Shown here: piece by piece, positions 47,769 to 60,248 of the stretch
Numbering within the stretch: position 1 is the first letter of the stretch
Layout: the number at the start of each line of letters is the position of its first letter
From: an uncultured Pseudohongiella sp.
GTDB lineage: Bacteria > Pseudomonadota > Gammaproteobacteria > Pseudomonadales > Pseudohongiellaceae
Direction of reading: 5' to 3'
Assembly (NCBI GenBank): GCA_965267495.1
Contig: OZ254078.1
Location: forward strand, 2,766,145-2,830,144
DNA: 64,000 nt
Program-made: the position numbers and the translations under genes
Notes under the pieces: model-generated
What the model saw: only the letters and a program-made list of their open reading frames with translations
Database searches by the model: none
What the model was told of the DNA's origin: nothing

Positions 47769-50700
47769 CTACTCCTCGGTTGCTTCCTCGGCACTGGCAG
47801 CACTATCACTACTCTCGGCACTTTCAGCCAGGGCCTCACTCAGCGCAGCTTCAACATCGCTGGCACTGATACCTTCGCCGTCAAACTCCTCGGCAGCCTG
47901 CTTCTTGCGGGCTTCATGGTAAGCCAGGCCGGTACCCGCTGGAATCAATCGACCCACAACCACGTTCTCCTTCAATCCCCGAAGGAAATCGCGTTTACCA
48001 GTGACCGCGGCTTCAGTCAGCACGCGCGTGGTTTCCTGGAACGATGCCGCTGAAATGAAGGAGTCTGTCGCCAATGAAGCCTTGGTAATACCCAGCAGCA
48101 TGCGCTCAAACCTGGCTGGCTCCTTGCCATCGGCAACCAGGTTGTCATTCACTTCCAGGATCTGGGTGTAAGTCATCTGCTCACCCTTGATCAGGTTGGA
48201 ATCGCCTGGCGCAGTAATCTCCACCTTGCGCAGCATCTGACGCACGATGACTTCTATGTGCTTGTCATTGATACGCACACCCTGCAAGCGATACACATCC
48301 TGCACTTCGTTCACGATGTACTGGGCAAGTGCTTCAACACCTTTCAGACGCAGAATGTCATGCGGTGCGGGTGGGCCTTCAGAGACCACTTCACCCTTCT
48401 CAATCGATTCACCTTCGAACACAGTCATGGTGCGCCACTTGGGAATCAGGGTTTCGTAGTGATCAGATCCGTCAATGGGATTCACACCGTCGACAGGCGT
48501 AATGACCAGACGCCGCTTGCCCTTGGTTTCCTTACCGAAGCTGACGGTGCCGGAAATCTCAGCGAGAATGGCCGGCTCTTTCGGCTTACGCGCCTCAAAC
48601 AAGTCAGCAACTCTTGGCAGACCACCGGTAATGTCACGTGTCTTCGAACCTTCCTGAGGAATACGAGCGATTACATCGCCGATACTCAGATCCGCGCCAT
48701 CTTTCAATGAAATGATGGCGTTTGCCGGCAAGTGATAAAGAGCAGGCATATTAGTACCGGGCAGACACACATCCTTACCCTTACCATCGATGACACGAAT
48801 AGCTGGACGCAGTTCTTTCGCCGAAGAAGCGCGCTCTGCCGGATCAATCACACTCCAGGTAGTCAGACCGGTAATCTCATCAGTCTGTTCACGTACAGTG
48901 ATGCCTTCTTCCATGGCCTCGAACGCCACCTTACCAGCCACCTCAGAAATGATTGGGTGAGTGTGTGGATCCCAGGTTGCAACCATCTGCCCGGCTTCAA
49001 CTTCCTTCTTTTTGCCAACCGTGATGATGGCCCCATAAGGCAGTTTGTAGAGTTCCTTCTCGCGTCCATTGGTGTCGTGAACAATCAACTCACCGGAACG
49101 GGATACCACGACCAGTTCTTCTTTCGAGTTCTCAACCGTCTTCATGTTGTTGAGATGAATGGTGCCCGTATTTTTTACCTGCACGCTGTCAGAAGCAGTC
49201 GCTCGTGATGCCGCACCACCGATGTGGAAGGTACGCATCGTTAACTGGGTGCCAGGCTCACCGATAGACTGGGCAGCGATAACACCAACCGCCTCACCTA
49301 CATTGGCAAGATGACCACGAGCCAGGTCGCGGCCATAGCACTGGGAACAGATTCCGAATCGGGTTTCACAGGTGATTGGTGATCGCACGAATACCTGGTC
49401 CACACCCTGGGTTTCCAGTTTTTCAACCATGCGTTCATCAATCAGCGTGCCAGTTTCGGCAATCACTTCGCCTGAATCTTCGTGGACTACATCGGCAGCA
49501 AGCACACGACCGAGTACGCGATCACCCAGCGGTGCGATGATGTCGCCCCCTTCGATGATTGGCGCCATGGTTAGGCCCTGAGTGGTACCACAGTCTTCTT
49601 CCGTGATTACCAGGTCCTGGGAAATATCCACCAGGCGACGAGTCAGGTAACCAGAGTTAGCCGTCTTCAATGCGGTATCGGCCAGACCTTTACGCGCACC
49701 GTGAGTCGAGGTGAAGTATTGGGACACGCTCAGCCCTTCACGGAAGTTTGCTGTAATGGGCGTCTCAATAATCGAGCCATCCGGACGAGCCATCAGGCCA
49801 CGCATTCCGGCCAGCTGACGAATCTGGGCAGGAGAACCCCGCGCACCAGAGTCCGCATAGACATAGACCGAGTTGAAGGATTCCTGCTCCTCTTCATCAC
49901 CTTCTTTATTTGTCACAGGTTCAGAAGACAGGCCTTCCATCATTGACTTGGCCACCAGGTCGTTGGCACGGGACCAGATATCGATAACCTTGTTGTACTT
50001 CTCACCCTGGGTTACCAGGCCGGAAGCAAACTGGGATTCGATCTCGACTACTTCAGAGTTGGCCTGATCGATGATTGCAGCTTTCTCATCAGGAATTTCG
50101 AAATCATTAACACCAATTGAAGAACCGGACATGGTCGAGTACTTGTAGCCGGTATACATCAATTGGTCAGCGAAGATGACCGTTTCTTTCAAGCCCACGT
50201 TGCGATAGCAGGCATTGAGAATCTGGGAAATCGGCTTCTTGGACATCTTCTGGTTGACCATGGAGAACGGCAGGCCTTCCGGCACGATATCGAACAACAA
50301 CACGCGACCAACAGTCGTATCGACCAGTTCTGTGTTAACGACTTTTTCGCCATTCTCATCAACGGTGGTATCTGTAATACGCGCCTTGATACGCGCTTGC
50401 AGATGCACGTTCTTGGAATCGTAGGCGCGCAGCACTTCCTTGGCATTACTGAACACCATGCCCTCGCCCTTGGCATTCACGCGCTCGCGAGTCATGTAGT
50501 ACAGACCCAACACCACGTCCTGGGAAGGTACGATGATTGGTTCACCATTGGCTGGTGCCAGGATATTGTTGGTGGACATCATCAGGGTACGTGCTTCCAA
50601 TTGCGCTTCCAGCGTCAATGGCACGTGTACCGCCATCTGGTCACCGTCGAAGTCAGCGTTATAAGCCGCACAAACCAGTGGGTGCAACTGGATCGCCTTA

Positions 50701-52031
50701 CCTTCAATCAGCACAGGCTCGAATGCCTGAATACCCAGACGGTGCAACGTAGGCGCACGGTTCAGCAGTACCGGATGCTCGCGGATCACTTCGGCCAGGA
50801 TATCCCAGACCTCGGCAGTCTCGCGCTCTACCATCTTCTTGGCAGCCTTGATTGTCGTTGCAAGACCACGACGCTCCAACTTGCCGAAAATAAAAGGCTT
50901 GAACAGTTCCAGCGCCATCTTCTTGGGAAGTCCGCACTGATGTAGTTTCAATGTCGGACCTACCACGATTACAGAACGGCCGGAGTAATCCACACGCTTA
51001 CCCAGAAGGTTCTGACGGAAACGACCCTGCTTGCCTTTAATCATGTCAGCCAGGGATTTGAGCGGACGCTTGTTGGAGCCAGTGATCGCGCGACCTCGAC
51101 GACCATTGTCCAGAAGTGCATCCACCGCTTCCTGCAGCATACGCTTTTCATTACGCACAATGATGTCCGGCGCGTTCAGGTCTAACAGACGCTTGAGTCG
51201 GTTGTTGCGGTTGATCACGCGACGATAGAGATCATTCAGATCAGAAGTCGCGAAGCGACCGCCGTCCAGCGGTACCAGAGGACGGAGATCCGGTGGCAGC
51301 ACTGGCAAGACATTCATCACCATCCATTCGGGCTTGTTGCCGGAATCGACGAAGGCTTCAAGCAGCTTCAGGCGTTTGGACAGCTTCTTCAGTTTGGTTT
51401 CAGAATTGGTTTGAGGGATCTCTTCGCGCAGACGTGTCGCTTCCGCTTCCACGTCCATGTCGTTCATGAGTTCCTGAACAGCTTCCGCACCCATCTTGGC
51501 TTCGAACTCATCACTCCATTCTTCCATGGCCTCGTAATACTGCTCATCAGTAAGCAATTGACCACGTTCCAGAGTGGTCATACCTGGCTCGGTTACCACA
51601 AAGGACTCGAAATACAGAATGCGCTCAATATCCCGCAGCGTCATATCAAGCAGCAGACCAATACGGGAAGGCAGCGACTTGAGGAACCAGATGTGAGCAA
51701 CAGGACTGGCCAGCTCGATATGACCCATGCGCTCGCGTCGCACCTTCGAAAGAGCAACTTCTACACCACACTTCTCACAGATCACACCACGATGCTTGAG
51801 ACGCTTGTACTTGCCGCAAAGACACTCGTAGTCCTTTACTGGACCAAAGATCTTGGCGCAAAACAGACCATCTCGCTCAGGCTTGAAAGTTCTGTAATTA
51901 ATGGTTTCCGGCTTTTTAACTTCACCGAATGACCACGCTCGGATCATCTCAGGCGACGCCAGGCCAATTCGAATAGAATCAAACTCATCTGTTTGCGATT
52001 GAGATTTCAACAACCCTAAAAGGTCTTTCAT
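47769..52031 (-). CDS. rpoC: DNA-directed RNA polymerase subunit beta-prime
   Basis: Start at ATG 52031 with GGAGG upstream, giving [11 protein letters not shown]... (1420 aa). The [12 protein letters not shown] catalytic motif is present. Confidence 0.97.
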   Translation of the reverse strand: MKDLLGLLKSQSQTDEFDSIRIGLASPEMIRAWSFGEVKKPETINYRTFKPERDGLFCAKIFGPVKDYECLCGKYKRLKHRGVICEKCGVEVALSKVRRERMGHIELASPVAHIWFLKSLPSRIGLLLDMTLRDIERILYFESFVVTEPGMTTLERGQLLTDEQYYEAMEEWSDEFEAKMGAEAVQELMNDMDVEAEATRLREEIPQTNSETKLKKLSKRLKLLEAFVDSGNKPEWMVMNVLPVLPPDLRPLVPLDGGRFATSDLNDLYRRVINRNNRLKRLLDLNAPDIIVRNEKRMLQEAVDALLDNGRRGRAITGSNKRPLKSLADMIKGKQGRFRQNLLGKRVDYSGRSVIVVGPTLKLHQCGLPKKMALELFKPFIFGKLERRGLATTIKAAKKMVERETAEVWDILAEVIREHPVLLNRAPTLHRLGIQAFEPVLIEGKAIQLHPLVCAAYNADFDGDQMAVHVPLTLEAQLEARTLMMSTNNILAPANGEPIIVPSQDVVLGLYYMTRERVNAKGEGMVFSNAKEVLRAYDSKNVHLQARIKARITDTTVDENGEKVVNTELVDTTVGRVLLFDIVPEGLPFSMVNQKMSKKPISQILNACYRNVGLKETVIFADQLMYTGYKYSTMSGSSIGVNDFEIPDEKAAIIDQANSEVVEIESQFASGLVTQGEKYNKVIDIWSRANDLVAKSMMEGLSSEPVTNKEGDEEEQESFNSVYVYADSGARGSPAQIRQLAGMRGLMARPDGSIIETPITANFREGLSVSQYFTSTHGARKGLADTALKTANSGYLTRRLVDISQDLVITEEDCGTTQGLTMAPIIEGGDIIAPLGDRVLGRVLAADVVHEDSGEVIAETGTLIDERMVEKLETQGVDQVFVRSPITCETRFGICSQCYGRDLARGHLANVGEAVGVIAAQSIGEPGTQLTMRTFHIGGAASRATASDSVQVKNTGTIHLNNMKTVENSKEELVVVSRSGELIVHDTNGREKELYKLPYGAIITVGKKKEVEAGQMVATWDPHTHPIISEVAGKVAFEAMEEGITVREQTDEITGLTTWSVIDPAERASSAKELRPAIRVIDGKGKDVCLPGTNMPALYHLPANAIISLKDGADLSIGDVIARIPQEGSKTRDITGGLPRVADLFEARKPKEPAILAEISGTVSFGKETKGKRRLVITPVDGVNPIDGSDHYETLIPKWRTMTVFEGESIEKGEVVSEGPPAPHDILRLKGVEALAQYIVNEVQDVYRLQGVRINDKHIEVIVRQMLRKVEITAPGDSNLIKGEQMTYTQILEVNDNLVADGKEPARFERMLLGITKASLATDSFISAASFQETTRVLTEAAVTGKRDFLRGLKENVVVGRLIPAGTGLAYHEARKKQAAEEFDGEGISASDVEAALSEALAESAESSDSAASAEEATEE

Positions 52032-52122
52032 TCTATTTCCTCCGCTGACCACCATGTGATGGCCAGACTTCGATAATCAATAATTCTTCTCTACGAACCG
52101 TTCTTTACGCTACTGATGCGCC

Positions 52123-55100
52123 CTACTCGCCACTGACATCCAATTCCATGTCAATGCCAAGAGAACGAATCTCCTTGACCAGCACGTTGAACGATTCGGG
52201 CATCGCCGGCTCCATTCGATGGTCTCCGTCCACGATGTTCTTGTACATCTTGGTACGTCCAGCCACGTCGTCGGACTTCACTGTCAGCATTTCCTGCAGG
52301 GTATAGGCGGCGCCATAGGCTTCAAGAGCCCACACTTCCATTTCCCCGAATCGCTGACCACCGAATTGCGCCTTACCACCCAGCGGCTGCTGGGTAACCA
52401 GGCTGTAAGAACCAGTGGAGCGAGCATGCATCTTGTCATCAACCAGGTGGTTGAGCTTCAGCATGTACATGATGCCGACTGTTACTGGGCGATCGAAAGC
52501 GTCGCCGGTACGGCCATCAAAGAGGGTGACCTGACCGCTGTCAGCCATGTCAGCCAGGGCTAACATCTCCTTGATTTCAGTTTCCGCCGCACCATCAAAT
52601 ACTGGTGTTGCCATGGGTACACCTGCACGCAGGTTACCGGCCAACTCAAACAGTTCTCCTTCGTCCAGAGACTTGATGTCTTCGGTACGCTCACCGATCT
52701 TGTTGTAGACATCGGTAACCAGCTTGCGGACTTCGGTGATCTTGGCCTGGGCATCGAGAAGCTTTCCGATCTTCTCACCGAGCCCCTTTGAAGCGGCACC
52801 CAGATGAGTTTCCAGAATCTGACCCACGTTCATTCGCGAAGGCACACCCAGTGGATTCAAGACAATGTCCACAGGAACACCGTTTTCGTCATAAGGCATA
52901 TCCTCTTCAGGCATGACTACCGAAATCACACCCTTGTTTCCGTGGCGTCCTGCCATCTTGTCACCAGGCTGGATAGTGCGCTTGATAGCCAGGTATACCT
53001 TGACAATCTTCAACACGCCCGGCGCCAGGTCATCACCCTGGGTAAGCTTGTTCTTCTTGTCTTCGAAGCGCTCGTCCAGATCCTTCTGACGCTCTTTTAA
53101 TTGCTCTTCGGCACGCTCGAGCTGCTTGTTCATTGCCTCATTGGACATGCGCAGCTTGAACCAGTCTTCCCGTGGCAGGTTGCTCAGGTAGTCATTGGTG
53201 ACTTTCTGCCCCTTTTTGAGCTTGGGACCACCAGCAACTACTTTACCAACCAGGGCTTTCTGCAGACGCTCATAGGTAGCATCTTCGACGATTCGATATT
53301 CGTCATCGATATCCTTGCGCACCTGAGCCAGTTGCATTTCTTCAATTTCGATAGCGCGCTGGTCTTTTTCAAGACCGTCTCTCGTGAAGACCTGCACATC
53401 TATTACAGTGCCTTTGACACTCGTAGGCACTCTGAGCGAGGTATCTTTCACATCAGAGGCTTTCTCGCCAAAGATTGCGCGTAACAGTTTCTCTTCCGGT
53501 GTCAGCTGAGTTTCGCCCTTTGGAGTGACCTTGCCGACCAGGATATCGCCAGCACCCACTTCAGCACCGATGTAAACAATGCCGGACTCATCCAGCTTGC
53601 TCAGGGCACCCTCACCCACATTAGGGATATCAGCAGTGATCTCTTCCGATCCCAGCTTGGTATCTCGAGCCACACAGGTGAGCTCCTGAATATGAATCGA
53701 GGTGAATCGATCTTCCTTTACCACGCGCTCTGAAATGAGGATTGAATCCTCGAAGTTGTAACCATTCCAGGGCATGAAGGCGATGCGCATGTTCTGACCC
53801 AGGGCCAGTTCCCCCATATCGATAGATGGGCCATCAGCGAGGATATCCCCGCGGGCAATCACATCACCGTCTTTCACCAGAGGCTTCTGGGATATACAGG
53901 TGTTCTGATTGGAACGGGTGTACTTGGTGAGGTTGTAAATATCCACACCTGCTTCACCAGCGTCGGTTTCATCGTCGTTAACGCGAACAATAATACGGCC
54001 GGCATCAACGCTCTCGATAACACCACCGCGAAATGCGACAACACAAACACCAGAGTCTCGCGCCACGTTGCGCTCCATACCGGTACCGATCAGAGGCTTC
54101 TCAGTCTTCAGCGTTGGTACAGCCTGGCGCTGCATGTTCGATCCCATCAGGGCCCGGTTAGCATCGTCGTGCTCAAGGAACGGGATCAGTGCGGCAGCAA
54201 CAGAGACCATCTGTTGTGGCGCCACATCCATATAGTCGATCTCTTCCTTGGGCTTGAGCGTGGTTTCACCCTTGTAACGCACCGTGACCAGGTCATCGAC
54301 AAAATTGCCTTTCTTGTCGAGCGGGGCACTGGCCTGTGCAATGACGAAATCACTTTCATCAATAGCTGAAAGGAAATCGATCTCATCAGTTACCTTGTGG
54401 TTCTTCACTTTACGATAAGGGCTTTCCAGGAAACCGAAATCGTTGGTGCGTGCATAGGTCGCCAGCGAGTTGATCAAACCGATATTTGGACCTTCCGGCG
54501 TTTCAATTGGACAGACACGACCGTAGTGAGTCGGGTGTACGTCTCGTACTTCAAAACCGGCACGTTCCCGGGTCAGCCCGCCCGGCCCAAGAGCCGAGAC
54601 GCGACGCTTGTGAGTGACCTCAGAGAGCGGGTTGTTTTGATCCATAAACTGGGAAAGCTGACTGCTGCCAAAAAATTCCTTGATCGCCGCAGCAACTGGC
54701 TTTGCATTGATCATGTCCTGAGGCATCAGCCCTTCCGAATCCGCCATGCTCAAGCGCTCTTTAACAGCACGCTCAACACGAACCAGTCCAACGCGGAATT
54801 GGTTCTCGGCCATTTCACCTACCGAACGAATACGGCGGTTACCCAGATGATCGATGTCATCAACAGAGCCGAAGCCGTTGCGAATACCAACCAGGGTTTT
54901 CAACACGTCAACGATATCGTCTGTGTCCAGAACTGAATTTCCTTCGGCGCTGGGTCTGCCCAGGCGACGATTGAACTTCATGCGACCAACAGCAGACAGG
55001 TCATAGCGCTCTGGTGAAAAGAACAGATTTGAGAACAGATTTTCTGCAGATTCCTTCGTTGGTGGTTCACCTGGACGCATCATGCGATAAATCTCAACCA

Positions 55101-56211
55101 TTGCTTCCAGCTGAGAAGTGGTAGTGTCAATTCGCAAGGTATCGGATACGAAAGGCCCACAATCCAGGTCATTGGTAAATATGGTATGGAATTCCTTGAT
55201 TTCCTTTTCGATAAACTGTTCTACCATTTCCGCCGTGATTTCGGCGTTACAGGGGAACAGAACTTCACCGGTTTCTTCATCTATTACGTCAGCCGCGAGT
55301 GAATTGCCTTCAATAAACTCTGAAGGAACCTCCAATGCGGTAAGTTTTGCAGTTTCCATCTGGCGAATGTGGCGGCTGGTGATTCGGCGCCCTTCCTCTA
55401 CGATCACCTTGCCTTTCTTGTCCTTGATCGGGAACGTCAACACTTCACCGCGCAAGCGTGAGGCCACCAGCTCCAGAGCGATGCTTGGCTCCTTGCCCTT
55501 CTTGACCTTGAATGTGTTGTTCTCGTAGAACATTTCCAGAATTTGCTGTGAGCTGAATCCAAGAGCACGCAGCAATACAGTCGCAGGAAGTTTCCGGCGA
55601 CGGTCAATTCGCACATAAACCATGTCCTTTGGATCGAACTCAAAATCCAGCCATGAACCACGGTAAGGAATAACGCGTGCAGAATAGAGCAACTTGCCCG
55701 AGCTGTGCGTCTTGCCACGATCGTGATCGAAGAACACACCAGGTGATCTATGCAACTGAGAAACCACTACGCGCTCAGTACCGTTGATAACGAATGTGCC
55801 AGACTCAGTCATCAATGGGATTTCACCCATGTAGACTTCCTGCTCCTTGATGTCCTTAATGGTCTGGGTCGTTGATTCCTTATCATAGAGAATCAAACGT
55901 ACCTTGACGCGCAACGACACTGAATAAGTGGAGCCTCTAAGCTGACATTCCTTGACATCGAATGCCGGCTTACCCAATTCATAGCTGACATATTCCAGGA
56001 CGGCTTTTCCTGAATAGCTGACAATTGGGAATACAGATTTGAATGCGGCGTGTAAGCCTTGATCCAGGCGTTCCTCGACGGGAATGCCGGCCTGAGTAAA
56101 CTGTCGATAAGAATCAATCTGTATGGACAATAAATAAGGTATGTCCATAGCGCTTGGCAGTTTGCCAAAATTCTTTCGAATTCGCTTTTTCTCGGTATAC
56201 GAATAGGCCAT
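52123..56211 (-). CDS. rpoB: DNA-directed RNA polymerase subunit beta
   Basis: 1362 aa. [17 protein letters not shown]... is the conserved RpoB N-terminus. Confidence 0.97.
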   Translation of the reverse strand: MAYSYTEKKRIRKNFGKLPSAMDIPYLLSIQIDSYRQFTQAGIPVEERLDQGLHAAFKSVFPIVSYSGKAVLEYVSYELGKPAFDVKECQLRGSTYSVSLRVKVRLILYDKESTTQTIKDIKEQEVYMGEIPLMTESGTFVINGTERVVVSQLHRSPGVFFDHDRGKTHSSGKLLYSARVIPYRGSWLDFEFDPKDMVYVRIDRRRKLPATVLLRALGFSSQQILEMFYENNTFKVKKGKEPSIALELVASRLRGEVLTFPIKDKKGKVIVEEGRRITSRHIRQMETAKLTALEVPSEFIEGNSLAADVIDEETGEVLFPCNAEITAEMVEQFIEKEIKEFHTIFTNDLDCGPFVSDTLRIDTTTSQLEAMVEIYRMMRPGEPPTKESAENLFSNLFFSPERYDLSAVGRMKFNRRLGRPSAEGNSVLDTDDIVDVLKTLVGIRNGFGSVDDIDHLGNRRIRSVGEMAENQFRVGLVRVERAVKERLSMADSEGLMPQDMINAKPVAAAIKEFFGSSQLSQFMDQNNPLSEVTHKRRVSALGPGGLTRERAGFEVRDVHPTHYGRVCPIETPEGPNIGLINSLATYARTNDFGFLESPYRKVKNHKVTDEIDFLSAIDESDFVIAQASAPLDKKGNFVDDLVTVRYKGETTLKPKEEIDYMDVAPQQMVSVAAALIPFLEHDDANRALMGSNMQRQAVPTLKTEKPLIGTGMERNVARDSGVCVVAFRGGVIESVDAGRIIVRVNDDETDAGEAGVDIYNLTKYTRSNQNTCISQKPLVKDGDVIARGDILADGPSIDMGELALGQNMRIAFMPWNGYNFEDSILISERVVKEDRFTSIHIQELTCVARDTKLGSEEITADIPNVGEGALSKLDESGIVYIGAEVGAGDILVGKVTPKGETQLTPEEKLLRAIFGEKASDVKDTSLRVPTSVKGTVIDVQVFTRDGLEKDQRAIEIEEMQLAQVRKDIDDEYRIVEDATYERLQKALVGKVVAGGPKLKKGQKVTNDYLSNLPREDWFKLRMSNEAMNKQLERAEEQLKERQKDLDERFEDKKNKLTQGDDLAPGVLKIVKVYLAIKRTIQPGDKMAGRHGNKGVISVVMPEEDMPYDENGVPVDIVLNPLGVPSRMNVGQILETHLGAASKGLGEKIGKLLDAQAKITEVRKLVTDVYNKIGERTEDIKSLDEGELFELAGNLRAGVPMATPVFDGAAETEIKEMLALADMADSGQVTLFDGRTGDAFDRPVTVGIMYMLKLNHLVDDKMHARSTGSYSLVTQQPLGGKAQFGGQRFGEMEVWALEAYGAAYTLQEMLTVKSDDVAGRTKMYKNIVDGDHRMEPAMPESFNVLVKEIRSLGIDMELDVSGE

Positions 56212-56298
56212 TTTGTGTTCCTAGCTTTGAGTTCTGTCTGTGGTTTCGAACCGCGCGGGTTCAGTACCCTGCTATTTACTACTATCTATCAAACACAG

Positions 56299-56336
56299 GC
56301 ACACACCGAGCCCGATCCCGTCGAGTCCGGTGTGCG
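56299..56336 (-). promoter_or_regulatory. Attenuator-like hairpin in the rplL-rpoB spacer
   Basis: On the minus strand: GCACACCGG...CGGTGTGTGC stem followed by CTGTGTTTG. A second hairpin, GAACCCGCGCGGTTC, lies downstream. Its position matches the known E. coli rplL-rpoB attenuator. Confidence 0.4.
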
Positions 56337-56358
56337 ATTGTGTTGGTGTTGCCGCTTA

Positions 56359-56739
56359 TTACTTAAGCTCAACGGTTGCGCCAGCTTCTTCCAGAGCCTT
56401 CTTGGCTTCTTCAGCTTCAGCCTTCGGAGCAGCTTCCTTAAGTGTGGAAGGTGCGCCATCAACCATTTCTTTCGCTTCTTTCAGGCCGAGACCTGTAATG
56501 GTGCGAACTGCCTTAATGACGTTAACTTTCTTGTCGCCCGCCGCAGCAAGAACGATATCAAACTCGTCCTTCTCTTCGGCTGGGGCAGCATCACCACCGG
56601 CAGCAGCTGCTGGAGCTGCAGCCACAGCGGCCGCTGCAGATACGCCAAATTTTTCTTCCATTGCTTCAACCAGCTGGACTACGTCCATTACTGACATATC
56701 AGCAATTGCGTCTAGTACTTCTTCTCGTGATAGAGACAT
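56359..56739 (-). CDS. rplL: 50S ribosomal protein L7/L12
   Basis: 126 aa with an Ala-rich hinge and the conserved C-terminus [15 protein letters not shown]. Confidence 0.97.
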   Translation of the reverse strand: MSLSREEVLDAIADMSVMDVVQLVEAMEEKFGVSAAAAVAAAPAAAAGGDAAPAEEKDEFDIVLAAAGDKKVNVIKAVRTITGLGLKEAKEMVDGAPSTLKEAAPKAEAEEAKKALEEAGATVELK

Positions 56740-56786
56740 GGTTCTTATCTCCTGCTCTTAATTAAATAATCGAAAAATCAAAGGAA

Positions 56787-57317
56787 TTAGGCTGCTTCCT
56801 GCTTCTGGTCACGAACCGCTGCAACCGCTCGAGTAACTTTCGAGGGCACTTCATTAACAGTTCTGGCCAGCTTGGTGACAGGCGCCAACATGACACTCAT
56901 TAACATAGAGCGTGCCTGATCCAGTGTTGGCAGTTTTGCCAGCACATCGATCTGGTTCGCTTCCATGAGGTTGCCACCGATGGACAGGGCTTTGATTTCA
57001 AAATCGTCATTCTCTTTGGCGAAATCCTTCAGCACGCGCGCAGCGGCACCGGGATCTTCCTGAGAAAGCGCGATAATTGTTGGACCAACCAGCGCATCCT
57101 GAATGCACTCAAACTCAGTATCTGCAACCGCACGCTTGAGCAGCGTGTTTCTTACTACGCGCAGATAAACTTTGTTGTCACGAGCATTCTTGCGAAGCGC
57201 AGTCATGTCCTCCACAGTGACACCGCGATAATCGGCGAGCACTGCGGACAAAGCACTACTAGCAGCCTGATTGACTTCCGAGACTATTTGTTGCTTGTCT
57301 TCAAGTCGAATAGCCAC
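56787..57317 (-). CDS. rplJ: 50S ribosomal protein L10
   Basis: 176 aa, starting at GTG (57315-57317), with conserved L10 sequence. Confidence 0.96.
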   Translation of the reverse strand: MAIRLEDKQQIVSEVNQAASSALSAVLADYRGVTVEDMTALRKNARDNKVYLRVVRNTLLKRAVADTEFECIQDALVGPTIIALSQEDPGAAARVLKDFAKENDDFEIKALSIGGNLMEANQIDVLAKLPTLDQARSMLMSVMLAPVTKLARTVNEVPSKVTRAVAAVRDQKQEAA

Positions 57318-57565
57318 TTGCTAACTCCTTCAGTTCAGATATTTCATGCTTCAATTACTGCAAGCATTCCATATCCACGTTTGCGGCAATGAACATCATT
57401 GCCATCTAGTTCGGTGATAAGAACAGGAGTTACAAAATCCGGTTCTGGTTTCACCATCTGCGTAGGAAATTAAGAGAGAGCCAGTACCTGCACTACCTCA
57501 CCTACGGTCTTTGATGATCTCGGCTTGCAGATCACTGCAAACGAAACCAACCAAAGCCTTTATAT
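57318..57565 (-). promoter_or_regulatory. rplJ leader region (candidate L10 autoregulatory leader plus internal promoter)
   Basis: The rplA-rplJ intergenic region is 294 nt long. This is the position of the known L10 leader in gammaproteobacteria. I did not fold the structure in detail. Confidence 0.45.
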
Positions 57566-57603
57566 AAATGGGTCAGAGTAAAAAATTTACTCTGATCCCA
57601 TTT
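57566..57603 (-). terminator. Long hairpin immediately after rplA
   Basis: AAATGGGATCAGAGTAAA-ttt-TTTACTCTGACCCATTT, a 17-bp stem with one bulge. It is followed by ATATAAA rather than a clean U-tract. Confidence 0.45.
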
Positions 57604-57611
57604 ATGATTTC

Positions 57612-58307
57612 TTAAATAGTCAGTGAAGATTGGTCGATCAGTACGCCCGGACCCATGGTGGACGAGATGACAACCTTCTTAAAATACACACCCTTGGACG
57701 AAGACGGCTTGGCCTTCTTGAGATCTGCCAGCAGCGCTTCGAGATTGGACCGGATAGCCGCTCCATCGAATCCCACTTTGCCGATTCCGCCATGAACAAT
57801 GCCGTTCTTGTCTGTGCGATATCGCACCTGACCTGCCTTGGCATTCTTCACCGCAGCCTCAACATCTGGTGTGACTGTGCCGACCTTCGGGTTTGGCATC
57901 AGTCCGCGAGGACCGAGCACCTGGCCCAACTGTCCAACAACACGCATGGCATCGGGTGTGGCGATTACCACATCGAAGTCCATATTGCCGCCCTTGATGG
58001 ATTCAGCCAGGTCTTCGAATCCAACGATGTCAGCACCAGCTTCTTTAGCTTTGTCGGCGTTTGCTCCCTGAGCAAATACTGCGACGCGAACGTCCTTGCC
58101 AGTACCTGCTGGAAGAATAGTAGAACCACGAACTACCTGATCGGATTTGCGTGGATCAACGCCCAGGTTGATGCATACATCAATAGATTCTTTAAACTTG
58201 GGTGATGCGAATTCTGAAATCAGGGTAACCGCCTCTTCCAGTGGATAGGCTTTACCTGGCTCGATTTTTTCTGCAATCAGTTTTCTTTTCTTGGATAGCT
58301 TGGCCAT
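57612..58307 (-). CDS. rplA: 50S ribosomal protein L1
   Basis: 231 aa. [21 protein letters not shown]... is conserved L1 sequence. Confidence 0.97.
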   Translation of the reverse strand: MAKLSKKRKLIAEKIEPGKAYPLEEAVTLISEFASPKFKESIDVCINLGVDPRKSDQVVRGSTILPAGTGKDVRVAVFAQGANADKAKEAGADIVGFEDLAESIKGGNMDFDVVIATPDAMRVVGQLGQVLGPRGLMPNPKVGTVTPDVEAAVKNAKAGQVRYRTDKNGIVHGGIGKVGFDGAAIRSNLEALLADLKKAKPSSSKGVYFKKVVISSTMGPGVLIDQSSLTI

Positions 58308-58741
58308 TACTCTACCCCCTCTACTTCCAGACCAGCGCTGCGGGCACTGCCGGCGAGCGTGCGGACAGCAGCATCCATATCAGCTGCAGTCAGATCTGGC
58401 ATCTTCTGAGTGGCGATCTCTTCCAGTTGTGCGCGGTTCACCTTGCCAACCTTTTCTGTGTTCGGACGGCCACTACCTTTCTTCACACCAGCCGCTTTTC
58501 TTAACAGCACTGCCGCAGGTGGAGTCTTGGTAATAAAGGTAAAGCTGCGATCGGCATAGACCGTTATCACAACTGGAATTGGCAAGCCTGGCTCAGTGCC
58601 CTGTGTCTGGGCATTGAACGCCTTACAGAATTCCATGATATTGACGCCGTGCTGGCCCAATGCGGGCCCTACCGGCGGACTTGGGTTTGCTTGACCTGCA
58701 CCAACCTGTAGCTTGATGTAAGCCAGTACTTTCTTAGCCAT
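58307..58741 (-). CDS. rplK: 50S ribosomal protein L11
   Basis: 144 aa. The conserved sequence [35 protein letters not shown] is present. Confidence 0.97.
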   Translation of the reverse strand: MAKKVLAYIKLQVGAGQANPSPPVGPALGQHGVNIMEFCKAFNAQTQGTEPGLPIPVVITVYADRSFTFITKTPPAAVLLRKAAGVKKGSGRPNTEKVGKVNRAQLEEIATQKMPDLTAADMDAAVRTLAGSARSAGLEVEGVE

Positions 58742-58900
58742 TGTGTTATCTCCTTGGGTTCAAGCGTTGGTCTCTCTTAGGAACTCAATTAAGAATTCGC
58801 TTGAGAACACAACTCCCCTGCCCACCCTTGAACATGGCTAGATGTTTAAGGGATCGAAAAGCCAACTCACTATGGAGCGGCACCTGTTGGCCAACCGAAG

Positions 58901-59434
58901 TCAGCTCTTCTCTACTTGACCGAATTCCAATTCGACTGGTGTAGAGCGACCAAAAATCAAAACAGCAACGCGAAGGCGACTCTTTTCGTAGTTAACTTCT
59001 TCCACCGTACCGGTGAAATCGTTAAAGGGCCCATCGATAACGCGGACCATTTCACCTGGCTCATAAACAATCTTATGAGTCGGTGCTTCTTCGCTATCCT
59101 CCATTCGCTGGAGAATCTTGTTCGCTTCTTTATCGGTAATTGGTGCTGGCTTCTCTGCCGTACCACCAATAAAACCCATCACGCGCGGTGTTTCTTTCAC
59201 CAGATGCCAGGTATCGTCGTTGAGTTCCATATGTACCAGCACATAGCCCGGGAAGAACTTGCGCTCACTCTTACGCTTCTGACCTGCTCGCATTTCCAGT
59301 ACTTCTTCGGTGGGTACCAGCACCTCATCGAAGTAGTCTTCCATGCCGGAAAGAGATATCCGCTCTTTCAAAGCGTGCATCACTTTTTTCTCGTAGCCCG
59401 AATAGGCGTGGACTACATACCAGCGTTTAGCCAT
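58901..59434 (-). CDS. nusG: Transcription termination/antitermination factor NusG
   Basis: 177 aa. It has [18 protein letters not shown]... and a C-terminal KOW domain. Confidence 0.97.
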   Translation of the reverse strand: MAKRWYVVHAYSGYEKKVMHALKERISLSGMEDYFDEVLVPTEEVLEMRAGQKRKSERKFFPGYVLVHMELNDDTWHLVKETPRVMGFIGGTAEKPAPITDKEANKILQRMEDSEEAPTHKIVYEPGEMVRVIDGPFNDFTGTVEEVNYEKSRLRVAVLIFGRSTPVELEFGQVEKS

Positions 59435-59455
59435 TTCCGTCCTCTGGGGTTATCC

Positions 59456-59824
59456 CTAACCTATAATAGAAGAAACAACACCGTTCAGACCCCAATCCAG
59501 CAACCAAAGGATCAGGGCGACGATGAATATGACGATCAGTACGACGATCGTGGTTTGCGTTGTTTCTTGCCTGGTCGGCCAAACGACCTTCCTGATTTCT
59601 ACCCGAGCCTCTAGACAGAGATTAATAAAGGCCCTGCCTTTCACAGTCTGTGAACCAATCCAACCTGCGATTCCCGCAGCCACCAGAAGCCCCACTGTGC
59701 GAATTAGCAGTGATTCGGCAGCAAAGTAGGAGTTGCCATAGACTGCGGCGGCAACAATGACAGCCACCACGGCCCATTTCGCCCAATCCAGTTTGCCTTC
59801 TTCGCTTTCTATCTTTTCAACCAT
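59456..59824 (-). CDS. secE: Preprotein translocase subunit SecE
   Basis: Start at ATG 59824 (122 aa). It has three TM helices, the conserved motif VRKVVWPTRQET, and lies upstream of nusG. Confidence 0.93.
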   Translation of the reverse strand: MVEKIESEEGKLDWAKWAVVAVIVAAAVYGNSYFAAESLLIRTVGLLVAAGIAGWIGSQTVKGRAFINLCLEARVEIRKVVWPTRQETTQTTIVVLIVIFIVALILWLLDWGLNGVVSSIIG

Positions 59825-59889
59825 CGTTTGTTCTGTCTTTATAAACCTGTGTAAAACCAATCGATCTCTACACCATGGCTGCCATTAAA

Positions 59890-59965
<76 letters not shown>

Positions 59966-60008
59966 TTGATTCGGGACCGTGCCGGCTGCAGGCACGGAAT
60001 CCTTCGTT

Positions 60009-60069
60009 GAAAGGAAATTTTGAAGTAGTCATTTACCAACCGTAAACTCCCACTTCAAAATTTCCTTTC
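60009..60069. repeat. Perfect 18-bp inverted repeat with a 25-nt loop in the tufB to tRNA-Trp spacer
   Basis: GAAAGGAAATTTTGAAGT (60009-60026) and ACTTCAAAATTTCCTTTC (60052-60069). The flanks partly extend the pairing. Confidence 0.7.
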
Positions 60070-60196
60070 GCCTCGACTTCCGCGCCCTCGCTCGCCACTA
60101 GTTCAGGGCGGCAATCTTTCTTCTTTTATATATGCGCTGAGCCGAATTCTGGGTTCGATAAACTGCTCTCGAACCTGCTTCTATTAAAGACGACTA

Positions 60197-60228
60197 AGCC
60201 GGAACCCCCCTTTGGAGAGTTCCGGCTT
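60197..60228 (-). terminator. Hairpin after tufB (terminator candidate)
   Basis: AAGCCGGAAC-N12-GTTCCGGCTT, starting 20 nt after the tufB stop. The downstream sequence is only moderately T-rich. Confidence 0.5.
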
Positions 60229-60248
60229 CGAAAATTTCGGTCCTGCTT

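Noticed and set aside
50163-50945. 260-aa plus-strand ORF, plus several 60-170-aa ORFs on both strands, inside rpoC
   Set aside because: They lie antisense to, or out of frame with, a strongly conserved gene. Their composition (His/Gln/Leu-rich, no motifs) is what the mirror frame of rpoC would give. None has an RBS or independent support.
56215-56761. 159-aa and 173-aa plus-strand ORFs (Ala/Ser-rich) across rplL
   Set aside because: They are mirror frames of the Ala/Glu-rich L7/L12 gene and its upstream spacer. The canonical rplL on the minus strand explains the region.
58916-59614. 232-aa plus-strand ORF spanning nusG and secE in antisense
   Set aside because: It overlaps two conserved genes and their intergenic region on the opposite strand. 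It is a shadow ORF with no recognisable domain.
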